DNA of 64,000 bases from Minisyncoccota bacterium (GTDB taxonomy: Bacteria; Patescibacteriota; Minisyncoccia; Phycocordibacterales; UBA9973). Numbering within the stretch: position 1 is the first letter of the stretch; each line of letters begins with the position of its first letter. The stretch spans positions 28,798 through 92,797 of the forward strand of contig JBAYUN010000003.1 of the NCBI GenBank assembly GCA_041675085.1. Reading direction: 5' to 3'. This document shows, piece by piece, positions 59,137 through 64,000 of this stretch. The notes beneath the pieces are model-generated. The model ran no database searches. It was not told the origin of the DNA and saw only the letters and a program-made list of their open reading frames with translations. Position numbers and translations under genes: made by a program.

Positions 59137-60246
59137 ATGAGTTTATCAATTGGAATCGTGGGACTACCTAACGTCGGGAAATCTACTTTATTTAATGCAT
59201 TGACTAAAAAGTCTGTACCGGCGGAGAATTATCCTTTCTGTACTATAGATCCTTCTGTAGGAATCGTACCTGTGCCTGATGCTCGTCTCTGGGCTCTTTC
59301 CGAATTCTCTAAAACTAAAAAGACTGTACCGGCTGTGGTGGAATTCGTAGATATTGCGGGACTCGTCGAAGGTGCGAGTAAGGGTGAAGGTTTGGGTAAT
59401 AAATTCTTAGCGAACATTCGCGAGACAGACGCTATACTGCACATGGTGCGTCTTTTTCCGCTCACTGGAGGCGATAAAGAGATAGCTCACGTTTACGGCA
59501 ATATTGATCCTATGAGGGACATCGGAGTTATTAATCTCGAGTTAGTTTTGGCAGATTTTGAGACAGTAATGAAGAGAATAAATAATTTACAAAAAGACGT
59601 AAAGCGTGGAGATAAAGAAGCTGTATTTGAAGAGACTCTACTGAAGAGAGTTGAGAAAATTCTTGAAGAAGGTAAACTCGCGAACGTCCTCGAATATACT
59701 CCCGAAGAAGCTAAGAAAATCAAACAATTAAACTTGCTAACTATCAAACCAATGATTTACGGTTTGAATAAAAAAGCTGGAGTCAAAAATCTCGACGAGC
59801 AGAATCCTGTATTCTTTCAAGAGATGACTGATGAGATATTGAAAAGTGGATCGAATTTTATTCTGATTGATGCAAAGATAGAAGACGAATTAAAAGATTT
59901 TGAAGGAGAAGAGAAGGATATTTTTAGAAAAGAACTCGGAGGTGAGCATGACGGTATCAACGACCTTATCGTCGGGTGCTACAAGCTCCTAGGTCTCGAG
60001 ACTTATTTCACGACTGGAGTCGAAGAGACTAGAGCTTGGACTATATTGAAAGGTTCGACTGCGCCGGTAGCGGGTATGGCTATTCATACGGATTTCAAAG
60101 ATAAATTCATTAGGGCGGAAGTAGTAGCCTATGACAAGCTTTTAGAAGCGGGGAGTTATGCGAATGCGAGAGAAAAAGGCTATGTACGTACAGAAGGCAA
60201 AGAATACATAGTCAAAGATGGGGATGTTATAGAATTTAAGGTTTAG
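59137..60246 (+). CDS. ychF: redox-regulated ATPase YchF
   Basis: GIVGLPNVGKST, NYPFCTIDP, DIAGLV.GAS.GEGLGN.FL motifs; TGS-domain tail. Confidence 0.97.
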   Translation: MSLSIGIVGLPNVGKSTLFNALTKKSVPAENYPFCTIDPSVGIVPVPDARLWALSEFSKTKKTVPAVVEFVDIAGLVEGASKGEGLGNKFLANIRETDAILHMVRLFPLTGGDKEIAHVYGNIDPMRDIGVINLELVLADFETVMKRINNLQKDVKRGDKEAVFEETLLKRVEKILEEGKLANVLEYTPEEAKKIKQLNLLTIKPMIYGLNKKAGVKNLDEQNPVFFQEMTDEILKSGSNFILIDAKIEDELKDFEGEEKDIFRKELGGEHDGINDLIVGCYKLLGLETYFTTGVEETRAWTILKGSTAPVAGMAIHTDFKDKFIRAEVVAYDKLLEAGSYANAREKGYVRTEGKEYIVKDGDVIEFKV

Positions 60247-60324
60247 ATTTTAAATCTTGCTAAATATTTATATAGTTATAGAATATAAGAGGATATAATT
60301 CTTTAACTTTTTAATTTTATTAAC

Positions 60325-60636
60325 ATGGGACTCAAAGGTTTGAATATTAATTTGTCAGCAGGGCTTCCTGGTATAGACTATTTTGTAAAGATTTTTAATG
60401 AGGAATATCCTCAAACCAAAAATTTTGATAAAATAGTAAATGCTATTTGGTCGAAATTCTCTCCTTTCTCTGTTTTTAGAGATAAATACCCTAGAGTTAG
60501 TACTCTATCATGTGCTATTAGTACAGAGAAAGCCAGGTTATCAAAACTAAAAAAAGAGGAAGAGAGAAAAAAATTAGTTAAAACAGTTAAAAACAAAAAG
60601 TCGTGCGAAGTGGTACAGTTGAGTTTAAAATTTTAG
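60325..60636 (+). CDS. hypothetical protein (stand-alone ORFan)
   Basis: Promoter-like TTGCTA..TAGAAT at 60257-60284; terminator at 60646-60682. Confidence 0.55.
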   Translation: MGLKGLNINLSAGLPGIDYFVKIFNEEYPQTKNFDKIVNAIWSKFSPFSVFRDKYPRVSTLSCAISTEKARLSKLKKEEERKKLVKTVKNKKSCEVVQLSLKF

Positions 60637-60686
60637 AAAAAATTTAAAAAGTGATGATCAATATCTTATCATCACTTTTTTTATTT

Positions 60687-61241
60687 CTATTTTTTTTCTT
60701 TTTTGAGTTTGTTGATTTCTTCTAATAGGACTTCGAGAGTACGTTCTATTTTTTCAAATTTCTTTTTTTCTATTTCTTCTTCTTGATCGTCTTCTGTTGT
60801 ATCTTCTTCCTCTTCGTTTATCTCTTCGACGTCCTTTTGAATCTCGCCAACGTCTTCAGATATTTCGTCGACGTCCTCAGAAATCTCTTCGACGTCTTTC
60901 TGAATCTCGTCGACGTCCTCCGAAATCTCGTCGACGTCTTTTTGAATCTCTTCAACATCTTCAGAGATCTCTTCAACGTCTTTCTGGATTTCTTCAATGT
61001 CTTCAGATACGTCTTCGAGGTCCTGACTGTGTTGGTTGATAGTTATTTGAATAAATATAGCTAAATATATGGCTTCGAGTGAAACGATAGTAGTCAGTAT
61101 TAGTAAAATATCAGAAGATTCTACCCCAAAAAAACTAAGAGAAAACATAACCATAAAGAATATAGTATGTACGACGAGAGAGCTAGTAGAGCCAACCCAA
61201 GAAGTTATTTTAGTTGAAAAATCTTTTTTTTCTTTTCTCAT
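60687..61241 (-). CDS. DUF1003-like membrane protein with acidic heptad-repeat coiled coil
   Basis: Two TM helices with LTT.VSLEAIYL.IFIQ, then about 10 DVEEI(SE/QK) repeats. Confidence 0.8.
   Translation of the reverse strand: MRKEKKDFSTKITSWVGSTSSLVVHTIFFMVMFSLSFFGVESSDILLILTTIVSLEAIYLAIFIQITINQHSQDLEDVSEDIEEIQKDVEEISEDVEEIQKDVDEISEDVDEIQKDVEEISEDVDEISEDVGEIQKDVEEINEEEEDTTEDDQEEEIEKKKFEKIERTLEVLLEEINKLKKEKK
60820..61020 (-). repeat. 21-bp coding tandem repeat
   Basis: Repeated GACGTCGA(A/C)GAGATT(TC/CA).. units encoding DV(E/D)EI(SE/QK). Confidence 0.85.
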
Positions 61242-61307
61242 TTTGTAGTTGTTTTGATAAAAATCTTAAATATTAAATTAGTCTTATTATATGGTATAAT
61301 ACTTTGT

Positions 61308-62336
61308 ATGGAAACACAAACAAATCATGGGTCAAAACTTAATATAGGATTCTTCTTTTTATCATTAGGTGTACTGATTTCTCTTATAACAAGTGTCGTA
61401 TCTTTTTTAAATCTGGCTTTTTCGACTCTCGACAAGCGTTTCCCAGACGTCCTGAACGCTACTTATGGATACGGGTACAATACGTATGATTATGAAAGTA
61501 TTCGTACATCACTCGCGACTCTGATTATCTTCTTCCCAGTATTTTTATTGATTTCATATTTTTGGAATAAATTTGCCAAACATAAAATGCATCATGTTGA
61601 TGAATTGGTAAAGAAATGGATGATATATATTATCCTATTCTTGTCTTCTCTGGTAGTGGTGATAGACTTGGTGACTTTGGTGCGATATTTTGTATCAGGT
61701 GAGATAACCAATCGTTTTATTTATAAAGTATTGATCACTTTAGTTATCGCTTTGTTTGTGGGTGTGTACTATGTATTTGAATTAACAAATAGAAAAAAAG
61801 TTTATGGCTTACCTGTAGGAATATCTTCAGCTGTAAAGTCTTCTGTACTTGTCTTACTACTAGTTATCTTTAGTTTTTATATTATGGGTAGTCCCGCATC
61901 TCAAAGACAATTGAGATTAGACGAAAGAAGAATATCTGATCTACAAAGTATTCAAAGTGCAGTGATTAATTATTGGCAACAAAAAGAGAAATTGCCAATA
62001 ACTCTCACTGAATTATCAAATCCTCTGTCTGGTTTTACTTTACCGCCTGATCCAGAATTCCAAAAAGGATTTGTGTATGAGTACAAGGTAAAAGAAGGTT
62101 TGACTTTTGAGTTATGTGCGACTTTTGCAAAACCGATACCAAAAGGTTGGAGAGAAAATACTAATTATTACGCAGAGCCCTATCTAGGGGAAAAATATAT
62201 AGCAGTATCATATCCTGGTTATCCTGTATCAGGGACTAATGAATCTTGGGATCACGAAGCTGGACGTACTTGTTTTGAGAGGACTATAGATAAAGATATC
62301 TATCCTCCTTATCCAAAAGCAGATATTGTTAGATAA
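61308..62336 (+). CDS. DUF5671-like membrane protein
   Basis: Five TM segments; GEIT.RF..K and GSP...R..RLDE.R.SDL motifs; pilin-like YEY....FELCA.F tail. Confidence 0.7.
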   Translation: METQTNHGSKLNIGFFFLSLGVLISLITSVVSFLNLAFSTLDKRFPDVLNATYGYGYNTYDYESIRTSLATLIIFFPVFLLISYFWNKFAKHKMHHVDELVKKWMIYIILFLSSLVVVIDLVTLVRYFVSGEITNRFIYKVLITLVIALFVGVYYVFELTNRKKVYGLPVGISSAVKSSVLVLLLVIFSFYIMGSPASQRQLRLDERRISDLQSIQSAVINYWQQKEKLPITLTELSNPLSGFTLPPDPEFQKGFVYEYKVKEGLTFELCATFAKPIPKGWRENTNYYAEPYLGEKYIAVSYPGYPVSGTNESWDHEAGRTCFERTIDKDIYPPYPKADIVR

Positions 62337-62365
62337 TTATTTAATATATTTTAAATTGTAAAATA

Positions 62366-64000
62366 ATGAAAGAATACAATCATTTAAAGATAGAAAAGCG
62401 TTGGCAAATAGAATGGGAGAAGAATAAGGTTTATAAGACCAATAATCCTGGAAAACAAAAAAAGATGTATGTTTTGGACATGTTCCCGTATCCGTCTGGA
62501 GCGGGGCTTCATGTTGGGCATCCGAGAGGATATATCGGTAGTGACGTGTATGCGCGTATGAAGAGAATGCAGAATTATAATGTCTTGCATCCTATGGGTT
62601 ATGACGCTTTCGGTTTACCTGCAGAGCAATACGCTATCGAGCACAAGATACATCCTCGTCGTGCAGTAGAAATAAACGTAAAAACTTTTGAGAAGCAATT
62701 GTCTTTTATGGGACTTTCTTATGATTGGGAAAGGAGAGTAAATACTACCGACCCTGAGTACTATAAATGGACACAATGGATTTTCCTACAACTTTATAAT
62801 TCTTGTTATGATACAAAGAAAAACAAAGCTGTACCTATCTCAAGTCTAGTAAAAATATTTGAAAAGTCTGGTAACAAAAACGTATCTATATATAATTCTT
62901 TTGATACTATTTTTACAGCTAAAGAATGGAGAGAATTTTCTGAAATAGAAAAACAAAAAATCTTGATGAATTATCGTCTGGCTTATGAAGCTGAAGCCGA
63001 GGTGAACTGGTGCCAAGTTTTGGGTACAGTGCTCGCTAATGATGAGATAGTCAATGATAAAGATGGACGCATGGTGTCTGAGCGTGGAGGTTATAAAGTA
63101 GAGAAGATAAAGATCAATCAATGGCTTATGCGTATTACGGCTTATGCGGATAGATTACTCTCGGGGCTCGATACTCTAGACTGGGCGAATTCTATTAAAG
63201 AAATTCAAAGAAATTGGATAGGGAAGAGCGTAGGTAGCGAGATTGATTTTCCTGTTAAATTAAACTCCCGGGGAGGACTGACCTCCCCAGATGGGGAGGT
63301 CAGTCCTCCCCAGATACGTGTTTTCACTACTCGCGCAGATACTATTTTTATGGCGACTTATGTAGTGCTAGCTCCGGAGCATGATCTAATATTTCAATTG
63401 AAAGACAAGATAGAGAATTGGGGAGAGGTTTTGAGTTATGTAGAGAAAGCAAAAAGTAAAGAAGATATAGATCGTACTCGTGAAGATAAAGAAAAAACAG
63501 GAGTAGAGCTCAAAGGTATAAGAGCTATTAATCCTGCAAACAATGAAGAGCTACCTGTTTGGATAGCGGACTATGTATTGGCTCATTATGGTACTGGAGC
63601 TATTATGGCTGTGCCTATGCACGACGAACGTGATCGAGATTTTGCTAATACTTATAAATTGAAAATTACAGATTTACCATTAGTGGATGCAAAAGAAATT
63701 ACACAAAAAGTAGGAGGACAATTAGTAAGTAAATATAAAATGCGTGATGCGATATTTGCACGTCAGAGATATTGGGGTGAACCTATTCCTCTGTATCGAG
63801 ATAAAAAAGGAATACTTCATGAAGTCAAAAAACTCCCTCTAGAATTACCAAAAGTAAAATCATACGAACCTACAGGGCTCGCTGAAGGGCCTTTGGCAGG
63901 AGTAAAGTCTTGGGTCTCGTCTGGATATGAGACGAATACTATGCCGGGTTGGGCGGGATCATCTTTCTATTTCTTGCGTTATATGGATCCTAAAAATAGT
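62366..64000 (+). CDS. leuS: leucine--tRNA ligase (5' part; runs off window)
   Basis: Manual translation: MFPYPSGAGLHVGH, PMGYDAFGLPAE, FTTRADT, YGTGAIMAVP.HD.RD and RQRYWGEPIP motifs. Confidence 0.97.
   Translation, partial: MKEYNHLKIEKRWQIEWEKNKVYKTNNPGKQKKMYVLDMFPYPSGAGLHVGHPRGYIGSDVYARMKRMQNYNVLHPMGYDAFGLPAEQYAIEHKIHPRRAVEINVKTFEKQLSFMGLSYDWERRVNTTDPEYYKWTQWIFLQLYNSCYDTKKNKAVPISSLVKIFEKSGNKNVSIYNSFDTIFTAKEWREFSEIEKQKILMNYRLAYEAEAEVNWCQVLGTVLANDEIVNDKDGRMVSERGGYKVEKIKINQWLMRITAYADRLLSGLDTLDWANSIKEIQRNWIGKSVGSEIDFPVKLNSRGGLTSPDGEVSPPQIRVFTTRADTIFMATYVVLAPEHDLIFQLKDKIENWGEVLSYVEKAKSKEDIDRTREDKEKTGVELKGIRAINPANNEELPVWIADYVLAHYGTGAIMAVPMHDERDRDFANTYKLKITDLPLVDAKEITQKVGGQLVSKYKMRDAIFARQRYWGEPIPLYRDKKGILHEVKKLPLELPKVKSYEPTGLAEGPLAGVKSWVSSGYETNTMPGWAGSSFYFLRYMDPKNS
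63270..63311. repeat. REP doublet (REPIN-like) inside the leuS coding sequence
   Basis: GGGGAGGACTGACCTCCCC-AGAT-GGGGAGGTCAGTCCTCCCC: two 19-nt palindromes that are exact reverse complements of each other. Confidence 0.9.

Noticed and set aside
1-64000. Alternative genetic code (UGA=Gly, as in Gracilibacteria/Absconditabacteria)
   Set aside because: Conserved genes are full length under code 11, and TGA ends genes such as the EVE protein at the expected position.

Overview
AT-rich bacterial chromosomal segment in standard code 11. The gene content and style suggest a Patescibacteria/Parcubacteria (CPR) genome, which is an inference. Left to right it holds fmt(partial)-def-hisS-lepB, pth, dnaE, a REP-associated HUH transposase (RAYT) flanked by GGAGG-N5-CCTCC palindromes, and a gap/pentose-phosphate cluster. 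A ~24-kb cell-surface locus follows: a 2104-aa fibre, a beta-lactamase-fold protein, a 3210-aa PATR-repeat adhesin, two WxL/pilin-like subunits, a DUF916-like partner, one dockerin and two cohesin proteins. Next are a Pif1 helicase, a photolyase, and two SAM-I riboswitch + short metK paralogues bracketing a Dam/HEPN/nuclease/MTase restriction-modification-like operon. The window ends with NUDIX, EVE, Fic, MGMT, ychF and leuS (partial). The most unusual non-coding signals are: a perfect REP doublet translated in frame inside leuS; duplicated gene ends next to palindromes (dnaE 3' end, ychF 5' end); two tandem promoter-hairpin-variable-terminator small-RNA units; two families of repeated structured elements; seven stand-alone ORFan expression cassettes; and pervasive leaderless-type promoters. 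All family assignments come from motif recognition by eye, with no database searches.
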